Positions 1 to 7,199 of a stretch of DNA of 10,625 nucleotides are shown one piece after another. Every line of letters starts with the position of its first letter. Positions within the stretch are counted from its first letter, which is position 1. Below the pieces are notes generated by a model. That model was not told the origin of the DNA. It saw only the letters and a list, made by a program, of their open reading frames with translations, and ran no database searches. The position numbers and the translations under genes are program-made. Origin of the DNA: a virus (lineage: Duplodnaviria; Heunggongvirae; Uroviricota; Caudoviricetes); the IMG/VR virus record IMGVR_UViG_2737471862_000005, positions 1 to 10,625 of that record; one strand, 5' to 3'.

Positions 1-8
1 TCACTCTG

Positions 9-31
9 CCAGATGGCGCAATGCCATCTGG
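9..31 (+). terminator. Candidate hairpin/intrinsic terminator in host flank, probably 3' of the upstream host gene (ybhB side)
   Basis: Perfect 9-bp inverted repeat CCAGATGGC (9-17) / GCCATCTGG (23-31) with 5-nt loop; downstream sequence only moderately T-rich. Confidence 0.3.
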
Positions 32-90
32 TATCACTTAAAGGTATTAAAAACAACTTTTTGTCTTTTTACCTTCCCGTTTCGCTCAAG

Positions 91-105
91 TTAGTATAAA
101 AAAGC
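91..105 (-). repeat. attR core (15-bp common core, reverse complement of GCTTTTTTATACTAA), flanked on the left by the attB B' arm
   Basis: ttagtataaaaaagc at 91-105; reverse complement of 75-90 reads CTTGAGCGAAACGGG, matching the B' arm of attB as I recall it. Confidence 0.9.
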
Positions 106-250
106 TGAACGAGAAACATAAAATGTTATAAATATCAATATATTACATTTTATTTCGTATAAAAAACAGACTAGATAATACTGTAAAACACAACATATGC
201 AGTCACTATGAATCAACTACTTAGATGGTATTAGTGACCTGTAACAGAGC
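106..250 (-). promoter_or_regulatory. Lambda attP P arm with arm-type Int binding sites
   Basis: CAGTCACTAT at 200-209 and inverted AGGTCACTAAT (reverse complement of 230-240) match the arm-site consensus C/AAGTCACTAT; the surrounding AT-rich sequence matches my recollection of the P arm. Confidence 0.8.
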
Positions 251-292
251 ATTAGCGCAAGGTGATTTTTGTCTTCTTGCGCTAATTTTTTG
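251..292 (+). terminator. sib / tI hairpin (int retroregulation site and terminator), here separated from int by the prophage arrangement
   Basis: 11-bp perfect stem ATTAGCGCAAG (251-261) / CTTGCGCTAAT (276-286), 14-nt loop, followed by TTTTTT (287-292). Confidence 0.6.
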
Positions 293-627
293 TCGTAAAA
301 TCGGTAACGTCTGGAAATCATTCAATATTCGCACTATCGGAAGTTCACCAGCCAACCGCAGCACGTTATTGCATACAACGTACTGCGGCATAAAACCAAT
401 GATTATTCCTTCCCGCACATGACATACCGCGACTTTATTTATCCCCAGCAGGAAATTTTTCATACAACTTCGCCCCACCAACATCACAGGTAATTGTTCC
501 GCCTGTGTATTCTCGCGCCAACATCTACCACAATTTGTTTTCATAGGATTGTAGTCACTCTTCTGGTTGTTTCACATAATAACTTGTATACTTCAGATAG
601 TATTCATAACCTCAAACTATTTAATGT

Positions 628-634
628 ATAAATT
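628..634 (+). promoter_or_regulatory. Candidate extended -10 element upstream of the 239-aa gene
   Basis: TGTATAAAT at 626-634, about 30 bp upstream of the ATG at 663; AGGA Shine-Dalgarno at 651-654; no convincing -35. Confidence 0.25.
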
Positions 635-662
635 AGATCTGAAAGTTTAGGAAAGATTTTCT

Positions 663-1382
663 ATGTTGATCGTTTCTGTACTACGCTGCGGCAAGGATTT
701 TACGCCGAAACATGCACAATGGCTTCATAAACAATTTGGTTCAATGCCCTCAATCTGCTTGACTGATGCTGGAAGTATTGATGGTGTGAATACTGCACCT
801 TTGTTATTTGATTGGCCTGGTTGGTGGTCAAAAATGGAGTTATTTAACCCAAACCATCCAGTAATCGGGAATCATGACATTTTATATTTTGACATAGATG
901 TTGTCATTACTGGAAAATTGGATATTTTTACAAAAGCTAAAAATTTCACCATGCTCAGGGAGTTTAATCATCATGACCGTGTTAACTCCTCAATTATGAT
1001 GATTCCCGTTTCTGCAAAGACAAAAATATGGGAGGAATTTACTGCCAATCCTGAACAAATAATGCAAGAATGCAAAACTGAAGATAAATGGGGTGATCAA
1101 GGTTTTATCGGTAGTGTTACTAAGCCAGACTTATGGCAGGACATTATTCCAGATGCAATTAAAAGTTATAAATGCGATATAGCAACAAAATCAATGATTG
1201 GATACAATCCAGACCTGGCATCAAAATCAGCAACTGGGAAAGTACCTGACAGTGTTTCAGTTGTGTGTTTTCACGGTAGTCCACGCCCCTGGCGCACTGG
1301 TTTTAACTGGGTTCCATCTTTTTCTTTAAAAGATACGCTTTATGGCAAAGTAAAAAATCTCAAATTAAAGGTTAAAGGTTAA
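663..1382 (+). CDS. Hypothetical 239-aa protein, non-lambda b-region cargo; has a DxD-like stretch (LYFDIDVVITG) reminiscent of GT-A nucleotide-sugar transferases
   Basis: Long ORF with upstream SD; sits where lambda carries ea59 but is unrelated to it in size; partly AT-rich; function not recognisable. Confidence 0.6.
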   Translation: MLIVSVLRCGKDFTPKHAQWLHKQFGSMPSICLTDAGSIDGVNTAPLLFDWPGWWSKMELFNPNHPVIGNHDILYFDIDVVITGKLDIFTKAKNFTMLREFNHHDRVNSSIMMIPVSAKTKIWEEFTANPEQIMQECKTEDKWGDQGFIGSVTKPDLWQDIIPDAIKSYKCDIATKSMIGYNPDLASKSATGKVPDSVSVVCFHGSPRPWRTGFNWVPSFSLKDTLYGKVKNLKLKVKG

Positions 1383-1397
1383 AGGTTAAAGGTTAAA
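1365..1397. repeat. Heptamer tandem repeat (TTAAAGG) x4 plus a partial fifth copy, overlapping the stop codon of the 239-aa ORF
   Basis: Perfect copies at 1365-1371, 1372-1378, 1379-1385, 1386-1392, then TTAAAAT. Confidence 0.9.
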
Positions 1398-1402
1398 ATC
1401 AT

Positions 1403-1425
1403 AACCACTCGCATAGCGGGTGGTT
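1403..1425 (-). terminator. Candidate terminator hairpin between the convergent 239-aa gene and tfa
   Basis: AACCACTCGC (1403-1412) / GCGGGTGGTT (1416-1425), 9 of 10 pairs, 3-nt loop; on the minus strand it is followed by AUGAUUUUAA, about 70 nt past the tfa stop. Confidence 0.35.
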
Positions 1426-1495
1426 ATCTGTCTCAGCCACGATACGCCTGAAACTGGCTTTAAGTCAGCAATAATAAAAGGAGTAAATCCTTCCG

Positions 1496-2065
1496 TTATT
1501 GTGGTTGCACAGGCCAAACTGGCTCAAGAATATCAACACGGTTCAGCAATACCCGATACTTCTTCCAGGCTGTCAGCAACGATATTTCTTCCTCCGTTGC
1601 AATCTCCAGATCTACCGCATCCTGAAGTGGCGAAATATGCTCACTGGCTACCTGCATCAGGCTGTTTTTTGTTTCTTCCGCCTCCCGGATCCGGAACAGT
1701 TTTTCTGCTTCTGCATCTTTCACCCAGGCTGTGCCGTTCCACTTCTGAAACTCCCCTTCCGGCGATAACCAGGTAACATTTTCCGGTAACGGACCGAGTT
1801 CAGAAATAAATAAAGCATCACCGGAAGTTACGTCATATACAGTTTTACCTCGGTGGTCTTCAACAATATTCCAAGATTTATTCTCACTGTTAAAAACAGC
1901 CACAAATCCAGCCTCCACATCTGGTGGTGCTATATCTGTAGTATTAGCTGGTAGACCTGTATACGGTGGGATATATGCGTCACTTTCCCCAATAAATTCA
2001 TTGGTTCCATCAAGTAAATTAAATACGCGGATAGTTTGTGCTTCTGCACTCATTCTGAAAGTCAT
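1496..2065 (-). CDS. tfa: Tail fiber assembly protein Tfa
   Basis: 189-aa translation ([27 protein letters not shown]...[28 protein letters not shown]...) is near-identical over most of its length to lambda Tfa as I recall it; start ATG overlaps the stf stop as TAATG. Confidence 0.9.
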   Translation of the reverse strand: MTFRMSAEAQTIRVFNLLDGTNEFIGESDAYIPPYTGLPANTTDIAPPDVEAGFVAVFNSENKSWNIVEDHRGKTVYDVTSGDALFISELGPLPENVTWLSPEGEFQKWNGTAWVKDAEAEKLFRIREAEETKNSLMQVASEHISPLQDAVDLEIATEEEISLLTAWKKYRVLLNRVDILEPVWPVQPQ

Positions 2066-3570
2066 TATGCAAGCCTCACAATATAGTTAAATGCGATGTT
2101 TTTGACGGTGTTTTCGGTATTACCAGTAGCATTTACGGTAATGGAATGCCCGTGTGAGCCAATGGCAACAGTGTGTGAATGTGCACCAATACCAACAGTA
2201 TGGTTATGTGCTCCAATGTCGACTGTATGTGCATGATTGCCTGATGAACTAGTAGTCGTAGCACCTTTATCACTTCGCGGAACACCATAATTTGCACCGC
2301 CTGATTGCACGCTCACAGCAAAACCGACGGTATGTGTATGATTGCCTGAAGTATTGGTTGATTTTGTGCCGTGGTTAAACGTACTGACTGTCTTCGTGCC
2401 GTAATCAAATGAACTGGTCGTTTTCGTCCCTAAATCCGTATTTGACGCACTGGCGCTGTGAGTATGCGATTTAATCCCGTCCTGTTCCTGTGATAATACA
2501 GCACGCCCACTGGCGGGTTTGCCCTTGATTGTCCAGCCGCGCATATCCGGAATAACACCAGAAGGATAGGCTATAGCCAGTTTCGGATATGCAGATTTGT
2601 CAAAAGTCTGCCCCTGCATCAGGGCATAGCCAGACGGAACGGTATCTGATGGCCACGGGATTGGTGCGCCGACTGGATAAAACTCTGCAGGAGGATGAGC
2701 CGAGGTGTAAAGCTGCGCCCACGGCGACCAGTTTGCGTCGGTCGTATCCCGTCGTGAACGAATAAATGCCGGAGCATGAGCACCGCTTGTACCACTCCAG
2801 CCGATGAGTAACTCACCTTCGCCAACGGCTGTCATCCCTTTCAGGTGAATGATATTTCCATACGCTGTTGGATATCCGTTGTTATACACCTCGTATAACT
2901 CAAGACCTGCTGCCCCCTGCGTATTGTCTGTCAGCGCGGCTACCCGACCTTTTGAAGCCAGATTAACTGATGATACTGCTGTTCCACCTGACGGTAGCGC
3001 CCCGATCTCTGATGCCGTTGGCTTATTTCTGGAGTTATAGTCCCTTCGCCAACCAGGTGAATAATCTGTTCCGTGATTAATATAGGTAAACTGGGCGTTG
3101 GTTGTTCCGCCACCGCTGGATGTGGTCGGAGTGGTAATGCGGATCGTCATCGCTGACTTTATCCCCATTACTTCAATGACAGCTCCGGCGAGATGAATAT
3201 TACCGCAGCCAGTATCAGTAATGATTTTATTATTGCCATAAGACCAGGAACCCTTGCACATCCAGTATGGATGGTTAAATGCTCCCTGAGAATCCAGCCA
3301 CTCGATAAACTGTGCAGTCGTCCAGTTTCCTGTTGTTGTGCTTACTGACCCACCGAAGGCACGGCAGGCACCAATATTTTTCGTAAAGGTATCTTTGCCA
3401 GGGATATCCGCACCGTTCTGATCTTTCTGCAGACGTTTCTCAGCATTGTCATTGGCTGCTTTTACTGCCTTTGGTGTCGCGGCAAGCGTTTCAGACGTGC
3501 TGTTGGTCGCGCTGCTTAGCTGGATTATCCCTTTCTGTGCTGTCGTTGCATCCTGTGCGGTGTATTTCCC
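2065..3570 (-). pseudogene. stf: Side tail fiber gene stf, 5'-truncated: C-terminal ~500 codons retained with no in-frame start at the truncation point
   Basis: Frame is open from the junction to the TAA at 2065-2067; contains the tail-fiber motif [38 protein letters not shown], repeated HxH motifs and the C-terminus ...[13 protein letters not shown]; first in-frame ATG is internal at 3261. Confidence 0.85.
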
Positions 3571-3768
3571 GTTAACGATGAAACCATGCAGGAGATTAAC
3601 ACTCTGCTGATCGCCCTGGATAAAACATGGGATGACGACTTATTGCCGCTCTGTTCCCAGATATTTCGCCGCGACATTCGCGCATCGTCAGAACTGACAC
3701 AGGCCGAAGCAGTGAAAGCTCTTGGATTCCTGAAACAGAAAGCCACTGAGCAGAAGGTGGCAGCATGA
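3568..3768 (+). pseudogene. bet: bet (Red-beta) 3' fragment, last ~66 codons only
   Basis: Translation ...[66 protein letters not shown] matches the lambda Bet C-terminus; upstream sequence is tail-fiber antisense, not bet. Confidence 0.85.
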
Positions 3769-4445
3769 CACCGGACATTATCCTGCAGCGTACCGGGATC
3801 GACGTGAGAGCTGTCGAACAGGGGGATGATGCATGGCACAAATTACGGCTCGGCGTCATCACCGCTTCAGAAGTTCACAACGTGATAGCAAAGCCCCGCT
3901 CCGGAAAAAAGTGGCCTGACATGAAAATGTCCTACTTCCACACCCTGCTGGCTGAGGTTTGCACCGGTGTGGCTCCGGAAGTTAATGCTAAGGCGCTGGC
4001 ATGGGGAAAACAGTACGAGAACGACGCCAGAACTCTGTTTGAATTCACTTCCGGCGTGAATGTTACTGAATCCCCGATCATCTATCGCGACGAAAGTATG
4101 CGTACCGCCTGCTCTCCCGATGGTTTATGCAGTGACGGCAATGGCCTTGAGCTGAAATGCCCGTTTACCTCCCGGGATTTCATGAAGTTCCGGCTCGGTG
4201 GTTTCGAGGCCATAAAGTCGGCTTACATGGCCCAGGTGCAGTACAGCATGTGGGTGACGCGAAAAGATGCCTGGTACTTTGCCAACTATGACCCGCGTAT
4301 GAAGCGTGAAGGCCTGCATTATGTCGTGGTTGAGCGGGATGAAAAGTACATGGCGAGTTTTGACGAGATGGTGCCGGAGTTCATCGAAAAAATGGACGAG
4401 GCACTGGCTGAAATTGGTTTTGTATTTGGGGAGCAATGGCGATGA
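3765..4445 (+). CDS. exo: Lambda exonuclease (Red-alpha)
   Basis: 226-aa translation matches lambda Exo almost residue for residue; ATG overlaps the bet stop (ATGA); SD AAGGTGG upstream. Confidence 0.95.
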   Translation: MTPDIILQRTGIDVRAVEQGDDAWHKLRLGVITASEVHNVIAKPRSGKKWPDMKMSYFHTLLAEVCTGVAPEVNAKALAWGKQYENDARTLFEFTSGVNVTESPIIYRDESMRTACSPDGLCSDGNGLELKCPFTSRDFMKFRLGGFEAIKSAYMAQVQYSMWVTRKDAWYFANYDPRMKREGLHYVVVERDEKYMASFDEMVPEFIEKMDEALAEIGFVFGEQWR

Positions 4446-4624
4446 AGCATCCTCACGATAATATCCGGGTAGGTGCGATCATTTTCGTCTACTCCGTTAC
4501 AAAGCGAGGCTGGGTATTTCCCGGCCTTTCTGTTATCAGAAATCCCCTGAAAGCACAGCGGCTGGCTGAGGAGATAAATAATAAACGGGGAGCTGTATGC
4601 ACAAAGCATCTCCCGTTGAGTTAA
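4442..4624 (+). CDS. orf60a: Exo-xis region protein Orf60a
   Basis: 60-codon ORF whose ATG (4442) overlaps the exo stop as ATGA; the ORF track start at 4436 is an upstream in-frame ATG. Confidence 0.75.
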   Translation: MKHPHDNIRVGAIIFVYSVTKRGWVFPGLSVIRNPLKAQRLAEEINNKRGAVCTKHLPLS

Positions 4625-4788
4625 GAACGAGTATCGAGATGGCACATAGCCTCGCTCAAATTGGAGTCAGGTTTGTGCCAATACCAGTAGAAACAGACGA
4701 AGAATTTCATACGTTAGCCGCATCCCTTTCACAAAAGCTGGAAATGATGGTGGCGAAAGCAGAAGCAGATGAGAGAGACCAGGTATGA
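4597..4788 (+). CDS. orf63: Exo-xis region protein Orf63
   Basis: 63-aa ORF in the expected position and order after orf60a. Confidence 0.75.
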   Translation: MHKASPVELRTSIEMAHSLAQIGVRFVPIPVETDEEFHTLAASLSQKLEMMVAKAEADERDQV

Positions 4789-4868
4789 CAACCACTGAAT
4801 GCATTTTTCTGGCAGCGGGCTTCATATTCTGTGTGCTTATGCTTGCCGACATGGGGCTTGTTCAATGA
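4785..4868 (+). CDS. Candidate 27-aa hydrophobic micro-ORF (MTTTECIFLAAGFIFCVLMLADMGLVQ)
   Basis: ATG overlaps the orf63 stop (ATGA, 4785-4788) and its TGA overlaps the next ATG (ATGA, 4865-4868); almost entirely hydrophobic, consistent with a single membrane helix. Confidence 0.3.
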   Translation: MTTTECIFLAAGFIFCVLMLADMGLVQ

Positions 4869-5080
4869 CACCTCAGCAAGAAAACGCCCTTCGCAGCATT
4901 GCCCGTCAGGCTAATTCTGAAATCAAAAAAGCCAGACAGCAGTTTCCGGATAAAAACGTCGATGACATTTGCCGTAGCGTACTGAAGAAGCACCGCGAAA
5001 CGGTAACGCTGATGGGATTCACACCGACTCATTTAAGCCTGGCAATCGGCATGTTAAACGGCGTCTTTAAGGAACGATGA
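4865..5080 (+). CDS. Exo-xis region small protein (orf61-like position), 71 aa from the ATG at 4865
   Basis: Same frame as ORF-track 4799..5080; the ATG at 4865 is coupled to the upstream micro-ORF stop; exact start uncertain. Confidence 0.55.
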   Translation: MTPQQENALRSIARQANSEIKKARQQFPDKNVDDICRSVLKKHRETVTLMGFTPTHLSLAIGMLNGVFKER

Positions 5081-5102
5081 ACATGAAAAGCAAAATTATC
5101 AG

Positions 5103-5124
5103 GGAGCTACAGGCTCCTTTTTTA
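5103..5124 (+). terminator. Candidate intrinsic terminator in the exo-xis region
   Basis: GGAGC (5103-5107) / GCTCC (5113-5117) stem, 5-nt loop, followed by TTTTTTAT (5118-5125). Confidence 0.4.
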
Positions 5125-5178
5125 TTGCTCGCATTTACCCCCAAGCGTATTAACCAACAATTCAGGGATTAATGGAAG

Positions 5179-5400
5179 ATGGCAGACATCATTGATTCAG
5201 CATCAGAAATTGAAGAATTACAGCGCAACACAGCAATAAAAATGCGCCGCCTGAACCACCAGGCTGTATCTGCCACTCATTGTTGTGAGTGTGGCGATCC
5301 CATAGATGAGCTAAGACGCCTGGCCGTTCAGGGTTGTCGGACTTGTGCAAGTTGCCAGGAAGATCTGGAGCTTATCAGTAAACAGAGAGGTTCGAAGTGA
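5179..5400 (+). CDS. orf73: TraR/DksA-family C4 zinc-finger protein (lambda Orf73-like)
   Basis: 73 aa with CxxC-N17-CxxC (CCECGDP...CRTCASC) typical of TraR/DksA zinc fingers; position matches orf73 in the exo-xis region. Confidence 0.75.
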   Translation: MADIIDSASEIEELQRNTAIKMRRLNHQAVSATHCCECGDPIDELRRLAVQGCRTCASCQEDLELISKQRGSK

Positions 5401-5648
5401 GCGTAATTCACTCTCAGGCACTGCGTGAAGCGGCAGAGCAGGCAATGCCTGACAACTGGGGATTTGACGCGGACCTTTTCCATGAGCTGGTAACACCATC
5501 GATTGTGCTGACACTGCTGGATGAACGGGAAAGAAACCAGCAATACATCAAACGCCGCGACCAGGAGAACGAGGATATTGCGCTAACGGTGGGGAAACTG
5601 CGTGTTGAGCTGGAGACAGCAAAAATCAAAACTCAACGAGCAGCGTGA
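5397..5648 (+). CDS. ea22: Ea22-like protein, N-terminal 83 codons, ending at an in-frame TGA (see findings)
   Basis: GTG start overlapping the orf73 stop (GTGA); called from its position after orf73 in the expected exo-xis gene order; the same frame stays open for 53 more codons after the TGA. Confidence 0.55.
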   Translation: MSVIHSQALREAAEQAMPDNWGFDADLFHELVTPSIVLTLLDERERNQQYIKRRDQENEDIALTVGKLRVELETAKIKTQRAA

Positions 5649-5946
5649 GTAGAAGGTGTTATCTCGGATGGAAGTAAGCGTATTGCTGAACTGGAGGCCT
5701 GGGTTGAATACACAAGAGCTGCATACGTAAGAGCAAAAGACAAGGGAGATTTGATCAGAGTTATTACCCGCCAACCAACGGGATTTTACGCTTACGTACC
5801 ATGTAATTAGGAATCCTTGAAGTGGCAGCCTAACTGCGGATACACTGAAATGGCGATTTGGTAACATGTTTCGCACAAGGCTGTTACTACACTTAGAGAT
5901 AATCAGCCATGATTAAACGCTTTGTAAAAAGTAAAAGGAAATTACA

Positions 5947-6561
5947 ATGAAAAAATCAATACTAATTTTAGGGCTTACGTTAATTGTCTCATCTCAAATA
6001 CCATCGGCAATGGCAAAAAATGAATCAAAACTATGGGTTGTTGTTGATCGAACGGAAAGACATACCTGCCCTTCAAGTAAATGTGGAGTGGCTGGGAAAC
6101 TATTTTTCAGGGAAGGCGTAGATTTTCTAGAAAAAAAAGGTGAATGGGTTCGTATAACTGAGCCATATTCAGCCTCATGTGTTGGAGGGGAAAGCGAATA
6201 TATTAAAGAAGGTAATAAATCCTGCACAAGAAAAAATGGAATCGTTAATGGCAAGTTTTCAGAATGGGTTAAACTTAGTGATCTTAGCAGTGAAAGGCCA
6301 TCAGATCCTGCTGAAAATGCGAGCGGAGATGATACTTTAATCAAAGGATCTGATGACTACCGTATATACAAAAAAGAGTTTTCTTCGGCAGCTAGGAAGT
6401 TAATAAATGAAGGGGTCTGCACGGAAAGCGATTTTAAGGAAATCGGAGGGTGGATGGCATCAAGCAATAAGGGTGAAAACATCTATTTCACATATTGCGG
6501 AGGAATGACGTTGTCGAACAGAATATACCTAGATGTTAAAAGTGGAAAGACTTTTAGATAA
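5947..6561 (+). CDS. Secreted (Sec signal peptide) Cys-rich 204-aa protein of unknown function; AT-rich cargo gene
   Basis: N-terminus MKKSILILGLTLIVSSQIPSAMA/KNESK with AxA cleavage motif; six Cys in the mature part; SD AAGGA 7 nt upstream; a sampled 60-nt stretch is ~30% GC. Confidence 0.75.
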   Translation: MKKSILILGLTLIVSSQIPSAMAKNESKLWVVVDRTERHTCPSSKCGVAGKLFFREGVDFLEKKGEWVRITEPYSASCVGGESEYIKEGNKSCTRKNGIVNGKFSEWVKLSDLSSERPSDPAENASGDDTLIKGSDDYRIYKKEFSSAARKLINEGVCTESDFKEIGGWMASSNKGENIYFTYCGGMTLSNRIYLDVKSGKTFR

Positions 6562-6630
6562 TATGATATTACCAATGACAGTATTGATTTAATGCCTCCA
6601 TAGAATTATCTCTAGGAAGTAGGTATAAGA

Positions 6631-6668
6631 AAAGCCCGCACAATGAGCTGCTGCGGGCTTTGTGTTAT
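6631..6668 (+). terminator. Intrinsic terminator (possibly bidirectional) downstream of the 204-aa gene
   Basis: 10-bp stem AAAGCCCGCA (6631-6640) / TGCGGGCTTT (6652-6661), 11-nt loop, followed by GTGTTATT; A-tract upstream and T-tract downstream. Confidence 0.55.
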
Positions 6669-6711
6669 TCGCCATATTTTATGAAGCAAATACGACACTA
6701 TAGATAATTAA

Positions 6712-6812
6712 GCGTTGCTGGTTGTCGATTCCTCAATCACTCCTGTTGATGGCTCTCTTCTTGTATGTGCCATTGAAGGGGAATATCGCGTAAAAAGATA
6801 CCGGAAGTATCC
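6712..6812 (+). pseudogene. Fragment of an S24 peptidase (LexA/UmuD/CI-type) C-terminal domain
   Basis: Frame opens right after a TAA and reads LLVVDSSITPVDGSLLVCAIEGEYRVKRYRKYP, resembling UmuD [34 protein letters not shown] and LexA VVVARIDDEVTVKRLKK; no N-terminal part and no continuation in any frame. Confidence 0.5.
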
Positions 6813-6854
6813 GCGCCGCCATGATTGTCTTTCTCCTGATGCAGGAAAAGCAGA

Positions 6855-7193
6855 ATGGCTAAATCAGCAACAGAGCACAAAGCCGATCAGAGAGCCAAGC
6901 AAGCATCATCCGGTATGCGTAAGCTGGAGCTTGTACTTGATGCTCAGGAAATTGAAATGCTGGAGCGTAACTGTGCCACGCGTCGCTTCAGGCGTGCGCC
7001 TTGCGAGTTTGGTGAGTACATCGCGTTACTGAGCCGCCAGGATGATGCACGTGTGCGCTGGCGTATAAAATCGATCAGCAGAAAACGGTGCGGTAAGTGC
7101 GGCGAGAGAGTTCCTGTTAATTCATGCCCGTGTAATGGTGACTCACAATGCTGGGTGACCAAAGGCTGGCACGAAACAAAATTAATGATATAA
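6855..7193 (+). CDS. Small DNA-binding-type protein: ribbon-helix-helix-like N-terminal region plus C-terminal zinc ribbon; possibly the Ea8.5 counterpart
   Basis: 112-aa ORF with SD AGGA 8 nt upstream; RKLELVLDAQEIEMLERNCATRRFRRAPCEFGEYIALL fits a beta-alphaA-alphaB RHH pattern; C-terminus CGKCG...CPC...C...H is a zinc-ribbon motif. Confidence 0.6.
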   Translation: MAKSATEHKADQRAKQASSGMRKLELVLDAQEIEMLERNCATRRFRRAPCEFGEYIALLSRQDDARVRWRIKSISRKRCGKCGERVPVNSCPCNGDSQCWVTKGWHETKLMI

Positions 7194-7199
7194 ATCTCT

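Noticed and set aside
221-544. ORF-track ORFs 221..544 (-) and 225..422 (+) near attR
   Set aside because: They overlap the attP P arm and the sib/tI hairpin, which are non-coding in lambda; no SD and no recognisable protein.
1365-1397. Heptamer repeat as a possible CRISPR array
   Set aside because: Units are 7 bp with no spacers, far too short for CRISPR repeats; it is a simple tandem repeat.
1420-1776. Plus-strand ORFs 1420..1776 and 1499..1768
   Set aside because: Antisense to tfa, whose translation matches lambda Tfa; treated as shadow ORFs.
2619-3040. ORFs 2619..2825 (-) and 2849..3040 (+) inside stf
   Set aside because: Out-of-frame or antisense within the well-supported tail-fiber frame.
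3525-4645. Minus-strand ORFs 3525..3839, 3596..3862, 4125..4436 and 4319..4645
   Set aside because: Antisense to bet, exo and orf60a, which are recognisable lambda proteins; no independent support.
5311-6344. Minus-strand ORFs 5311..5514, 5328..5543, 5414..5629, 5583..5876 and 5994..6344
   Set aside because: Antisense to orf73, ea22 and the signal-peptide gene; low-complexity translations with no start context.
6715-7032. ORF-track ORF 6715..7032 (105 aa) as an intact gene
   Set aside because: It uses a TTG start with no SD, only its first ~33 codons resemble an S24 peptidase, and the rest overlaps the better-supported 112-aa ORF in another frame; kept only as a pseudogene fragment at 6712-6812.
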